DNA from: an uncultured Desulfosarcina sp.
GTDB lineage: Bacteria; Desulfobacterota; Desulfobacteria; Desulfobacterales; Desulfosarcinaceae
NCBI GenBank assembly: GCA_963674945.2
Contig: CAXXWQ010000003.1
Coordinates: 1,088,001 to 1,152,000 of the forward strand
Direction: 5' to 3'
DNA length: 64,000 nucleotides
The notes under the pieces were generated by a model. The model searched no databases, was not told where the DNA came from, and was given only the letters and a program-made list of their open reading frames with translations. The translations under genes and the position numbers were made by a program. Positions within the stretch are counted from its first letter, which is position 1; every line of letters begins with the position of its first letter. Below, piece after piece: positions 9,320 through 19,286 of the stretch.

Positions 9320-10828
9320 ATGACAAGGAATTCTACTCTGGACAACGAATCAAAAGCCCCCTGCATCGCCGTTTTCGGCACCGGTTCCGATGTGGGCAAA
9401 AGCGTCATCGCAGCGGCCTTTTGCCGTATCTTTGCCGACCGTGGCCTGCGGGTCGCCCCCTACAAGGCGCAGAACATGTCCAACAACTCCGGCGTCACGC
9501 CGGAGGGTCTGGAAATGGGCCGGGCCCAGATCGTCCAGGCCGAGGCGGCCGGCATCCCCCCCCATGTGGACATGAATCCAATCCTGCTCAAGCCCACCAG
9601 CGACGTGGGATCCCAGGTAGTACTCCTCGGCGAGGCCATCGGCAACCAGACGGCCATGGACTATCACCAGAAAAAAGCCCGTCTGGTGCAAACGGCCAAC
9701 GGTGCATTGGATCGCCTGCGGGTTGCCCATGATCTGATCGTCATGGAAGGAGCCGGGTCCTGCGCGGAAGTGAACCTCATGGACCATGACATCGTCAACT
9801 TTTCCATGGCCCAATACGCCGGCGCACCGGTGATCATCGTGGGCGACATTCACCGCGGCGGCATTTTCGCCCAGCTGGTGGGAACCATTGAATGTCTTCC
9901 CCCAAAATACAAAGAGCTGGTGGCCGGGTTCATCATCAATCGCTTCCGGGGTGATTTGCGCCTCTTCTCCGACGGCGTGTCGTGGATCGAAAAAAAAACG
10001 AAACTTCCCGTATTCGGTGTGGTCCCCTGGTACGATCACATCCGCATCAACCCCGAAGATTCGGTGGTCATCGAAAGGCCCAAAACGGCAAATCCCACAC
10101 TGTCTGGAAAACCGGCGGTTGCGGTGATTCGCATTCCCCACATCAGCAATTTCACCGATTTCGATCCACTCCGCCAGGTACCGGGAATCAGCATCCACTT
10201 CATCGAAACTCCCCAGTCACTGGATGGATTTTCCGCCGTGCTCATTCCCGGGTCAAAAAACACCCGCTTTGATCTTGCATGGCTCGTATCAACCGGCTGG
10301 CGGGATCGGCTCCGCGACTTCCATGGCAAGGGGGGGCACATTACCGGTATCTGCGGCGGGTATCAGATGATGGGAAAAAAGGTTTTTGACCCCGATGGCC
10401 TCGAGGGAGAACCGGGAACGACCGATGGGCTGGGTCTTCTGCCGGTGGAGACGGTCCTCAAGGCGCCCAAGACCACCACCTGCAGTCGATTCTCCTGGGA
10501 CGGCATTTCCGGTGCCGGCTATGAGATCCACATGGGACAGACCCGCCTTCTGGGCGGCGAACCACTGCTTGCGGTAAACGACAGAAACGGTTTGGCCGTC
10601 CATGACACGGACGGATGCGCGGAAAAAGACGGAAACGCATTGGGAACCTACATGCACGGTATCTTCGACACGCCTGATTTGATCACAAAGTGGCTTGCAG
10701 TCGTTGGAATTCGTGATGTTGCCGTGCCTGCCATCGGGGGTCTGGCAGCCAAGCAAAAGCAGTATGCCCTGCTGGCCGATCATGTTTGCGGCCATTTGGA
10801 CATCCAAAGAATCGAAGCGCTTATGTAA
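9320..10828 (+). CDS. cobQ: Cobyric acid synthase CbiP/CobQ
   Basis: GTGSDVGKS, KAQNMSNNS, MNPILLKP, ISNFTDF, GICGGYQM, GTYMHG. Confidence 0.96.
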   Translation: MTRNSTLDNESKAPCIAVFGTGSDVGKSVIAAAFCRIFADRGLRVAPYKAQNMSNNSGVTPEGLEMGRAQIVQAEAAGIPPHVDMNPILLKPTSDVGSQVVLLGEAIGNQTAMDYHQKKARLVQTANGALDRLRVAHDLIVMEGAGSCAEVNLMDHDIVNFSMAQYAGAPVIIVGDIHRGGIFAQLVGTIECLPPKYKELVAGFIINRFRGDLRLFSDGVSWIEKKTKLPVFGVVPWYDHIRINPEDSVVIERPKTANPTLSGKPAVAVIRIPHISNFTDFDPLRQVPGISIHFIETPQSLDGFSAVLIPGSKNTRFDLAWLVSTGWRDRLRDFHGKGGHITGICGGYQMMGKKVFDPDGLEGEPGTTDGLGLLPVETVLKAPKTTTCSRFSWDGISGAGYEIHMGQTRLLGGEPLLAVNDRNGLAVHDTDGCAEKDGNALGTYMHGIFDTPDLITKWLAVVGIRDVAVPAIGGLAAKQKQYALLADHVCGHLDIQRIEALM

Positions 10829-10850
10829 AACCCGGAAAGAGAGAGATCCA

Positions 10851-12854
10851 ATGGAAAAAAGCAACCTTCTATGGAGTGCGCTGGCATTTTCGTTATTGTT
10901 TATTCTTTCGCAAAACGCACTGGCAGACCAGGTTCACGCCCTGAAGGTGTCTCAGTATGAAATGGAGACCGGCAATGACGGGTACAGCCGGATTCTTATG
11001 GATGGCTATCACGCCTACGGCGTTCCCGGTTATCCTGATTTGCCGTCAAAAATATTTCGTTTCGTGGTGCCACCCGATGTCGTCGAGAAGACCATCGGGG
11101 TCGAATACACGGTCACATCATCCAGCTTTCTCGGACAATTCAAATTTCGCGAACTGCCGCCCATGGCCACCTGGGATGATGAGAAAAAAATCGAATCGGG
11201 AAAAACCGGCGTGTATGCTAAAAATACGGCCCTTCCCGAACGGTCGGTGGAATTCATCGGCTCTTCAAAGATGCGAAAATGGCGGTTCATCACGATTCGA
11301 TATACGCCGTTTCAATACAACCCCATCACCCAGGGCCTTATCTATAACAGCGAAGTGAAGGTAAACATAACCTATACCAGAAAAGGAATGAATTCCCTTC
11401 CAAAAGATGAGCTCACAGATACGGTAATGGACAAAAGGGCGAAAAAGGCCTTTGCCAATTACGATGAGGGAAAATCCTGGTATGAATCGAGCCGGCCTTC
11501 ACCGGGCGCCGGTGCGACCTATGACTATGTGATCATTACGACGAACGCCATCGAAAGTGCCAGCACGAAACTGGCCGAATTTTTATCCCACCTCCAGGGC
11601 AAGGGATTCTCCCCCCTGGTCATCACCGAAGACGAGTACGGCGGCCTCACGGGACAGTCGCCCGACGGAACCGCGGAAAAGATCCGACAATGGCTGATAG
11701 GCAACTATCTTGGCTATGGCATCACCTACGTCTTGCTGATTGGAAATCCCGATCCGGACGACCCAGGCAGCGCCACCGATGCCGTCGGGGACGTGCCCAT
11801 GAAGATGTGCTGGCCCAAGCGCTACGACGGCTCATACCAGGAGTCCCCCACTGACTATTTTTATGCGGATCTGACGGGAAACTGGGATCTGGATGGCGAT
11901 GGCTATTTCGGCGAATATTGCGATGTGGGACTGAGTTGCGGTACCGGGCATGGAGACGTGAATGGTGTCGATTTTGCCAACGAGGTCTATGTGGGACGGA
12001 TTCCAGTGTATACTGGCGGGACCGCCAACCTTGACGCCGTATTGGAAAAGACCATCGCCTACCACGGCGAATCGGACATTTCCTGGAGGAAGACGGCCCT
12101 TTTGCCCATGAGCTTTTCGGACGCATCCACGGACGGCGCCTACCTGTCCGAAGCCATGATGAACAACTACCTTACCGGTGCAGGCATGTTTGACTGGACC
12201 CTTTATATGCAGGGAAGTGTCTGTGCCGCCGCAAATTCCGCCTTTGCCAGTGACCAGGAACTGATCGACGACGCATCCTGGCAAAATTGGCGTGACAACG
12301 ACTACGGCATGGTGTGGTGGTGGGGGCACGGCAGCCAATCCGGCGCCTCCCTTGGATACACCGGATGCGGCTGGGGTGGAATTATCGATAGCGCTGACAC
12401 GCAGTATCTGGACAACACCCACCCCGCCCATGTGTACCAGAATTCTTGTCTCAACGGTTATCCGGAAACCGGGAGTGCGACACCGGCCTTTTGCAATCTG
12501 GGAACGGCACTTTTGTACAACGGGGCGATCACCACGACCAGTGCCAGTCGTGTGAGCTGGTATGCAATAACGTCCTGGTTTACCGGCTTGAAATACTATT
12601 GCGACAATGCCAGTATCGGCTACTATTACGGCCAGGAACTGGTGGTCAACCGAAAAACGGCGGCCATGGCGCTCTACGACGTGAAAGCCGATATGGGGGC
12701 GAATCTTTATGGCTACTGGGACGGCTCTCACTGGATGAACCTCATGGATTTCAATTTGTACGGGGATCCGTCGGTCTCCCTCTACGAAAAATTCACCGAG
12801 ACATCTGAAAAAAGTGTGTCACCGGCCGTTTATATGCTACTTACGGCTGATTGA
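10851..12854 (+). CDS. Secreted C25 (gingipain-family) cysteine peptidase with propeptide
   Basis: Signal peptide, G.PDLP propeptide motif, YVIIT, YVLLIG, TDYFYADL, VYVGRIP, GHG and SC catalytic motifs, NLYGDP. Confidence 0.88.
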   Translation: MEKSNLLWSALAFSLLFILSQNALADQVHALKVSQYEMETGNDGYSRILMDGYHAYGVPGYPDLPSKIFRFVVPPDVVEKTIGVEYTVTSSSFLGQFKFRELPPMATWDDEKKIESGKTGVYAKNTALPERSVEFIGSSKMRKWRFITIRYTPFQYNPITQGLIYNSEVKVNITYTRKGMNSLPKDELTDTVMDKRAKKAFANYDEGKSWYESSRPSPGAGATYDYVIITTNAIESASTKLAEFLSHLQGKGFSPLVITEDEYGGLTGQSPDGTAEKIRQWLIGNYLGYGITYVLLIGNPDPDDPGSATDAVGDVPMKMCWPKRYDGSYQESPTDYFYADLTGNWDLDGDGYFGEYCDVGLSCGTGHGDVNGVDFANEVYVGRIPVYTGGTANLDAVLEKTIAYHGESDISWRKTALLPMSFSDASTDGAYLSEAMMNNYLTGAGMFDWTLYMQGSVCAAANSAFASDQELIDDASWQNWRDNDYGMVWWWGHGSQSGASLGYTGCGWGGIIDSADTQYLDNTHPAHVYQNSCLNGYPETGSATPAFCNLGTALLYNGAITTTSASRVSWYAITSWFTGLKYYCDNASIGYYYGQELVVNRKTAAMALYDVKADMGANLYGYWDGSHWMNLMDFNLYGDPSVSLYEKFTETSEKSVSPAVYMLLTAD

Positions 12855-12889
12855 AGGTGGATCGAATCATGACGGAGACGGCAGAATAG

Positions 12890-13438
12890 ATGAATAGGAA
12901 AGAAAAAATTCTGGTCCTGGGCGGCTGTCGTAGCGGTAAAAGCAGCCACGCGCAGGTGTTGGCCGAATCCATGGGGGAGAGGCGTCTCTTCGTGGCCACC
13001 TGCGTGCCCCAGGACGCCGAAATGCATGCACGGGTGGATCGCCACCGTCGCGATCGCGATGAAAGCTGGGACACCCTCGAAATCCCCGTGGAGCTGGCCG
13101 GCGCCATCGCGGAGCATCGTTCCCCGGTGGACGTAATGCTGGTGGATTGCCTGACCCTCTGGCTAAACAACCTGCTCATGGAGACCCGGGACGAAGAGCG
13201 GATCCGCAAGCGCATCAAAGACCTGGCCCAAGCCGTGGAGGCAGCCCCTTGTGCCGTCGTGATCGTCTCCAACGAAGTGGGCGCCGGTATCGTCCCCGAC
13301 AATCCCCTGGCCCGTCTCTACCGGGACCTGGTCGGCTGGACCAATCAGGCCATGGCCGCTTCCTGTGACAGGGTGGTCTGGACCGTGGCCGGTATCCCCG
13401 TTACGATCAAATCCCCTTCCGGAACCCTCGAACCATGA
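12890..13438 (+). CDS. cobU: Adenosylcobinamide kinase / phosphate guanylyltransferase
   Basis: GGCRSGKS, VDCLTLW, VSNEVG. Confidence 0.96.
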   Translation: MNRKEKILVLGGCRSGKSSHAQVLAESMGERRLFVATCVPQDAEMHARVDRHRRDRDESWDTLEIPVELAGAIAEHRSPVDVMLVDCLTLWLNNLLMETRDEERIRKRIKDLAQAVEAAPCAVVIVSNEVGAGIVPDNPLARLYRDLVGWTNQAMAASCDRVVWTVAGIPVTIKSPSGTLEP

Positions 13439-14163
13439 ATGGATTTTTCGCCTCACTTCAGTTCATTACGGCAATTCCCCTGGGAAAACCGCAGCCCTTT
13501 GATCCCAAAGCAATCATCGCCCATTTTCCCCTCGTCGGCCTGTCCATCGGTATTCTCCTGGCACTGTTCGACCTGGCCGCCGCAACCCTCTGGCCGCCGT
13601 TGGTGGCGTCGGCATTGGATGTGCTCCTGCTGACAATTGTCACCGGCGCCTTTCACCTGGACGGTCTTGCCGATATGACAGACGGTCTTTACGGTCATCG
13701 AGATCGGGAAACAAGGCTGGCCATCATGAAGGACAGCCGGGTGGGGGCCATGGGCCTGGTTGCCGTGAGCTGCCTGCTGCTCACCAAGACCTTGGCCCTG
13801 GGCGCCGTGGAACAACTGCGCTTTCTATCCCTCTTGGTGGTGCCGGCATACGCCCGTTCAGCCATGATGTTCGGCATGCGATTTCTTCCCTATGCCCGTG
13901 GGGAATCGGGTACGGGAAGCGCCTTTTTCGAAACGCCGTTGAGTCTGGCCGACTTTCGTTTCGTGGTGCTGCCGCTGTTCTTCTCCCTTTTCCTGGGCTG
14001 GCGGGGAATCATTCTGAATCTGACCTTCGCCCTCACCCTCACAGTACTCCTGTACGTCTATCGAAAAAAGATGGAAGGCATTACGGGAGACATGCTCGGC
14101 GCCATGGTGGAGATCGTGGAGGCAGCATTGTTTCTGGCATTATGCGCAGGAGGCGGCCGATGA
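13435..14163 (+). CDS. cobS: Cobalamin-5'-phosphate synthase
   Basis: HLDGLADxxDG, IMKDSRVG, GITGDMLGA; multi-TM. Confidence 0.96.
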   Translation: MNGFFASLQFITAIPLGKPQPFDPKAIIAHFPLVGLSIGILLALFDLAAATLWPPLVASALDVLLLTIVTGAFHLDGLADMTDGLYGHRDRETRLAIMKDSRVGAMGLVAVSCLLLTKTLALGAVEQLRFLSLLVVPAYARSAMMFGMRFLPYARGESGTGSAFFETPLSLADFRFVVLPLFFSLFLGWRGIILNLTFALTLTVLLYVYRKKMEGITGDMLGAMVEIVEAALFLALCAGGGR

Positions 14164-15287
14164 TCGGTGGACACGGTGGAAACATCTATGAACTGGCACG
14201 GCAGTTGGAATGTCTTCCGGCCGAAATCGTCGACATGAGCGCCAATGTCAATCCCCTGGGCCCCATGCCCGAATTGGTCGCGTATCTTGCCGATAACCTT
14301 GCCGCCATATCCGTGTTGCCCGAGGCGGCTGCCGAAACCGCGGTCCGGGCATTTGCCGATTTCCACGACGTCGACCCCGGGATGGTGATGGCGGGCAACG
14401 GCACCACGGAACTGATCTATCGCATTCCCCGGGCCGTGAAGGCGAAAAAGGCGCTTGTGGTGGGCCCCACCTATGCCGACTACAAAGATGCCTGCACCAT
14501 GAACCATGTGGCCTGCGATCACATGATCCTGGAGCCGTCCGACGATTTTTCCCTGGACATGGAATCCGTGGCCGCGATCGATGCGGATCTTGTCTTCATC
14601 TGCAATCCCAACAACCCCACTGGCACGCTGACCGACCGTTCGGACATCGAGGCCCTTTGCCGGACAAATCCGGAGACCCTGTTCCTGATCGACGAATCCT
14701 ATCTGCCGTTTGCCGATGCACCGGAACAAATTACCATGATCGGCTCGGATCTGCCCAACGTAATGGTTCTCAACTCCATGTCCAAGGCGTTTCGCATTCC
14801 CGGGCTTCGCATCGGTTTTGTCAAGGCGCCCGGTCAGTTGGTGGACCGGCTGACACCCTATGCCCTCCCATGGTCGGTCAACGGCCTTGCCCAGGCGGCG
14901 GTCACATGGCTCATGACCCATCCGGAAAAGGTGAACCCTTTTCTCGAACATACGCGATCCATGATCCGAAAGGAAAAATCATGGGTAGTCCGACGTCTTG
15001 CCGAAGAAAGCGATATCCGATGCTTTCCATCGGCCACCACGTTCATCCTCATGGCACTTCCCGAACATCTCACCGCTGCGGCCGTATGGCAGCATATGGC
15101 AAAAAATCGCATCTTGATCCGTGACTGCTCCAATTTCACGGGGCTCTCAGAGCGCTATGTGCGCCTCTCCCTCAGAAAAGAAGGGGAGAACCTGCGTGCC
15201 ACGGAACTCCTGATCGATTTCTGTCGATCTGGCGTTGCAGGCCCCGACCGGAAAGGAAAACCAAGGGGGAAAGAAAGTGAACGGTGA
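14160..15287 (+). CDS. cobD: Threonine-phosphate decarboxylase
   Basis: HGGN, SANVNPLG, CNPNNPTG, SMSKAF..PGLRIG (PLP class I/II). Confidence 0.92.
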   Translation: MIGGHGGNIYELARQLECLPAEIVDMSANVNPLGPMPELVAYLADNLAAISVLPEAAAETAVRAFADFHDVDPGMVMAGNGTTELIYRIPRAVKAKKALVVGPTYADYKDACTMNHVACDHMILEPSDDFSLDMESVAAIDADLVFICNPNNPTGTLTDRSDIEALCRTNPETLFLIDESYLPFADAPEQITMIGSDLPNVMVLNSMSKAFRIPGLRIGFVKAPGQLVDRLTPYALPWSVNGLAQAAVTWLMTHPEKVNPFLEHTRSMIRKEKSWVVRRLAEESDIRCFPSATTFILMALPEHLTAAAVWQHMAKNRILIRDCSNFTGLSERYVRLSLRKEGENLRATELLIDFCRSGVAGPDRKGKPRGKESER

Positions 15288-16236
15288 CGGATTGGCCCTG
15301 GCCCTGACACTGGCCTTCGCCCTGGACATGATGTTGGGAGATCCACTGTGGTTTCCCCACCCCATACGATGGATGGGTCTGGCCATCGAATGGGCGGAAC
15401 CCCGGTTTCGCCGGTTGCCCACCGGTTTGCTTTTCTCCGGCGCCTTTCTTTCGGTCAGCCTGGTGGTGGCCGTGTGGGTACTCGCCTTTGTACTGGTTGC
15501 CGTGTCCAACCGCATCCACCCGGCAGTGGGGATTTTCGTGCAAACCATCCTGATCTTCTCATGCCTCTCCGCACGAAGTCTCGCAGAGGCGGCCCAAGGC
15601 GTCGGCACGGCATTGATGGAAAAAGGGCTTGTGGCCGGCCGGCAGGCCGTTGCCATGATCGTGGGCCGGGAGGTGGATCGCCTGGATGATACGGCGGTCA
15701 CCCGGGCCGCCGTGGAAACGGTTTCCGAGAACCTGGTGGACGGATTCGTCTCTCCCGTCTTCTTCGCCCTTATCGGGGGAGCACCCCTTGCCATGGCCTA
15801 TAAGATGGTCAATACCCTGGACTCCATGATCGGATACAAGAACGATCGCTACATTCTTTTCGGCCGTTTTGCTGCCCGCATGGACGACGCGGCCAATTGG
15901 ATCCCCGCCCGTTTGTCGGTACCCTTTATCGCCCTGGCAGCCCAATTAACGAGCGGCCGGGGGAGCAAGGTCCTGGCCATGGCCCGGCAGGACGGAAGAT
16001 GCCACGCCAGTCCCAATGCCGGTTATCCGGAGGCCGCCTTTGCCGGTGCCCTCGGCATCTGGATGGGCGGTCCCAACTTTTATCACGGCAAACTCGTGGA
16101 AAAACCGGTCATCGGAAAGGGGTTGGCCGAGGCCCAGGACATCCACATCAATCAGGCCTGCCGGTTGATGCTGGCCGTATCGGTGCTGGTCTTTCTGGCG
16201 GCGGCAGTGACCCGTCTTCTCTTTTACGTAAATTGA
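15277..16236 (+). CDS. cbiB: Adenosylcobinamide-phosphate synthase
   Basis: GDP..PHP, ETVSEN, VNTLDSMIGY, SPNAG.PEAA. Confidence 0.95.
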   Translation: MNGDGLALALTLAFALDMMLGDPLWFPHPIRWMGLAIEWAEPRFRRLPTGLLFSGAFLSVSLVVAVWVLAFVLVAVSNRIHPAVGIFVQTILIFSCLSARSLAEAAQGVGTALMEKGLVAGRQAVAMIVGREVDRLDDTAVTRAAVETVSENLVDGFVSPVFFALIGGAPLAMAYKMVNTLDSMIGYKNDRYILFGRFAARMDDAANWIPARLSVPFIALAAQLTSGRGSKVLAMARQDGRCHASPNAGYPEAAFAGALGIWMGGPNFYHGKLVEKPVIGKGLAEAQDIHINQACRLMLAVSVLVFLAAAVTRLLFYVN

Positions 16237-16375
16237 ACGATTGGCGAATAGCAACATAACTTCTAAGAATTGTTGATCAATATCAATGACCAACAGATAA
16301 AAGCCAACAGCGAATTGCTAAAGGCGAACCGCTTACCTTTGATTTTAATCACTGTTACAATGGCAAAAAACACCC

Positions 16376-17206
16376 ATGAACGAGAAAAAGCCATCCACGA
16401 CGAACTTCCCTCCGCTTTCGCGTTGCGCCAAGAATCGCTTTTCCTTTTCGGTGGCCTGTCCCTCCTTCGTCTATCGGGCCGGATACCAGGACAATGTCCG
16501 CCACCTGGCCCCCTTCGTAGATGAGATCCAACTCCTCTTTTTCGAAAGCCATCCACCGGAAAGCCTTCCGGATCAACCGTTGATCCGTGACCTGGCAGAA
16601 CTACGAGAGACGCTCTCCATCGACTTCAACGTGCACCTTCCATCGGATCTGTCCACCGGATCACCGGATTCGGCAGAACGTCGACACGCCGCCGAAATCC
16701 TCAAAAAGGTAATTGCGGCCTGCGAACCCCTTGCGCCCACCACCTACACCTTGCATCTGTCACCGAACCCGGACGATGCCCCGGACGACAACACATGGCA
16801 AAAGTGGCAGACGGAGACGATCTTACGGGTGTTGGAGGCCGGTGTGGACAGTCGCCGGATCAGTGTGGAGACCCTGGATTATTCCCTTGAAAGAGCGGCC
16901 GGCGTTATCGAAAACCTGAATCTCTCCATCTGCATGGACATGGGGCACCTCATGGTTCATGGCTTTTCCCTGATGGATTTTTTTCGACGATGGGAAGACC
17001 GCATCACCATCGTCCACCTTCACGGCGTCGACGGCACCAACGACCATTTGCCGCTGAACCGGCTGAACCAGGGACAGATGGACTCGGTGACAACGATTCT
17101 GGACCGGTTCTCCGGCACGGTGACCTTGGAGGTCTATTCTTATCCGGCCTTAAATGCCTCCATCTCTCATTTGATGGAGGACCGGTTTGGGGTAATAAAA
17201 AAGTGA
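16376..17206 (+). CDS. cbiR: Cobamide remodelling phosphodiesterase CbiR-like (AP-endonuclease-2 TIM barrel)
   Basis: NVRHLAPFVDEIQLLFFES, VHLP, DMGH, HLHG..DH, LEV metal motifs; located next to cob genes. Confidence 0.72.
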   Translation: MNEKKPSTTNFPPLSRCAKNRFSFSVACPSFVYRAGYQDNVRHLAPFVDEIQLLFFESHPPESLPDQPLIRDLAELRETLSIDFNVHLPSDLSTGSPDSAERRHAAEILKKVIAACEPLAPTTYTLHLSPNPDDAPDDNTWQKWQTETILRVLEAGVDSRRISVETLDYSLERAAGVIENLNLSICMDMGHLMVHGFSLMDFFRRWEDRITIVHLHGVDGTNDHLPLNRLNQGQMDSVTTILDRFSGTVTLEVYSYPALNASISHLMEDRFGVIKK

Positions 17207-17251
17207 TGGGTTATCAGTTATGAGTGATGCGTAATGGGTGATGGGTGATGG
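17203..17251 (+). repeat. Heptamer tandem repeat (GTNATNN x7)
   Basis: gtgatgg gttatca gttatga gtgatgc gtaatgg gtgatgg gtgatgg. Confidence 0.7.
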
Positions 17252-18492
17252 ATGTCAAAGGCAAAAAAGTAGAACTGCTGGCGCCGGCCGGCACAATGGA
17301 AAAGCTCGAAATTGCCATCCATTATGGCGCCGACGCCGTATACCTCTCCGGCAAAGCGTTCAGCCTGAGAAGCTTTTCGGCGAACTTCTCCATCGAAGAG
17401 ATGAAGACGGCGCGACGCCTGACGCGTGAGAAAGGCGTGAGGATGTATGTGGCCGTAAACATCTACTCCCATGACGAGGAGGCGGCGGCCATTTGCAGGT
17501 ACCTGTCGTCGATGGCGGATATCGCACCGGATGGGGTGATCGTCGCCGACCCGGCCATCCTGGTGATGGCGAAAAGGCATCTGCCGGGCATTCCCATCCA
17601 CATCAGCACCCAGGCCAACACCACCAACGCTACCGCGGCACGCTTCTGGCGGGACCAGGGTGCGGTCCGGATCAACGTTGCCAGGGAACTGACCCTACAG
17701 CAGATCCGACAAATCGCGGAAAAAAGCGGAATAGTCGTGGAAGCCTTCGTCCACGGCGCCATGTGCATGGCCTACTCGGGCCGATGTCTTCTCTCCGGCT
17801 TCTTGAAAAACCGACCGAGCAACCGTGGAGAATGCTGTCAACCCTGCCGGTTTCATTATACGGTAATGGAAGAAACCCGTCCGGGCCAGTACTTTCCCAT
17901 CGCCGAGGACCAGCGGGGCGCCTACATCTTCAACTCCCGGGACCTTTGCATGATCGATCACCTGCCGGCCATGATCCGTGCCGGCATCGTCTCATTGAAG
18001 ATCGAAGGGCGCATGAAAAGCATCCACTATCTGGCAGCAGTCGTGAAAGTCTATCGGGAGGCCATCGACCGATGGTTCGCCGATCCGGATACCTACACGG
18101 TGATGCCCCACTGGAAAGAGGAACTCACGGCCATCAGCAACCGGGGGTACTGCACCGGATTTTATTTGGGTGATCCCGAACAGACGGCTGCCAATGTTGA
18201 GAACATCAACCACCCCGGCCTCCGATTCGTAGCCAAGGTCGTCGACCAAACCAAAGACGGCGGCGCACGCGTTGTGGTGAAAAACAGGATCTTCTCCGGC
18301 GACCGGGTGAATGTCCTCTCTCACAAAGGGCCCACACGAATGGATCGCATCGAGAAAATCACCGACGAAACGGGTGCCACGCTCTCGCCGGCCCAACCTG
18401 GAATTATCGCACGCCTCTACCTGGGTCGTCAACCAGAACCGCTTGATATGATACGGATTCCACCGAATCTGACAGATAGGAAAGCCCCATGA
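17248..18492 (+). CDS. U32-family protein (TrhP/YegQ-like Fe-S hydroxylase)
   Basis: ELLAPAG, GADAVY, HISTQ, FVHGAMCMAYSGRC, CxQPCR, KIEGRMK. Confidence 0.9.
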   Translation: MDVKGKKVELLAPAGTMEKLEIAIHYGADAVYLSGKAFSLRSFSANFSIEEMKTARRLTREKGVRMYVAVNIYSHDEEAAAICRYLSSMADIAPDGVIVADPAILVMAKRHLPGIPIHISTQANTTNATAARFWRDQGAVRINVARELTLQQIRQIAEKSGIVVEAFVHGAMCMAYSGRCLLSGFLKNRPSNRGECCQPCRFHYTVMEETRPGQYFPIAEDQRGAYIFNSRDLCMIDHLPAMIRAGIVSLKIEGRMKSIHYLAAVVKVYREAIDRWFADPDTYTVMPHWKEELTAISNRGYCTGFYLGDPEQTAANVENINHPGLRFVAKVVDQTKDGGARVVVKNRIFSGDRVNVLSHKGPTRMDRIEKITDETGATLSPAQPGIIARLYLGRQPEPLDMIRIPPNLTDRKAP

Positions 18493-19286
18493 TCGTCGTT
18501 TCCGACAACCTGCGCATTACGCTGCCCGCCATTTTATCGGCAGTGGAAAACATGGATCCCACTCCCATTCGCGACCTGATCCGACGTTGTGTGCATGCCG
18601 GTGTCGGGGCCGTGGACGTCAACAGCGGGCCGCTTTCAAAAGGTGCCCGGGAAAAGATGAATTTTCTGGTTCGAACGGTCCAGGAGGCCTGCGATCTGCC
18701 CCTGTTCATCGACACCGTCAATCCGGAAGCCATGGAAGCGGGGCTGGTCGCATGCCACGGTCGCGGCGTCATCAACGGCGTCTCCCTGGAACCGGAGAAG
18801 CTATCTGCGATTCTGCCACTGGCCGTGCGCCACGATGTCCATGTCATCGCCTATCTTCTGGATGAAAAGGGCCATGTTCCACCCGACGCCGCCGGACGCA
18901 TGGAGGTGGCCGTCGCCCTCTTTGCCGAACTGGAACAGGCCGGCATCGCACCCGCACGGATCATCTTCGATCCGGTGGTGGCGCCACTGGTATGGCAGGA
19001 CGGAAACCGCCAGAACATGGCGGTGCTGGAGGTGATTCGTTCCCTGCCGGATCTGCTGGGGGTGAGGGTACGGACCATCGCCGGGCTCTCCAACCTGACC
19101 ACCGGTGCTCCGAACAAAGCCAGCCGCGCCCATTACCAGGCGGCTTTTCTGCCCATGCTGGCGGCCGCCGGCACGGATATGATCCTGATGAACACTCAGG
19201 ATCCGAATCTGCTCCGGGTTGCGGCCGTCAGCCGGTCGATCACCGGCGAGGCGATCTTTTCATGGGTCGGATCGGCTATAGTTTGA
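18489..19286 (+). CDS. Pterin-binding AcsE-like methyltetrahydrofolate:corrinoid methyltransferase
   Basis: VDVN.G, PLFIDT, IING.S, IFDP, GLSNL motifs of the DHPS-fold methyltransferase domain. Confidence 0.8.
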   Translation: MIVVSDNLRITLPAILSAVENMDPTPIRDLIRRCVHAGVGAVDVNSGPLSKGAREKMNFLVRTVQEACDLPLFIDTVNPEAMEAGLVACHGRGVINGVSLEPEKLSAILPLAVRHDVHVIAYLLDEKGHVPPDAAGRMEVAVALFAELEQAGIAPARIIFDPVVAPLVWQDGNRQNMAVLEVIRSLPDLLGVRVRTIAGLSNLTTGAPNKASRAHYQAAFLPMLAAAGTDMILMNTQDPNLLRVAAVSRSITGEAIFSWVGSAIV

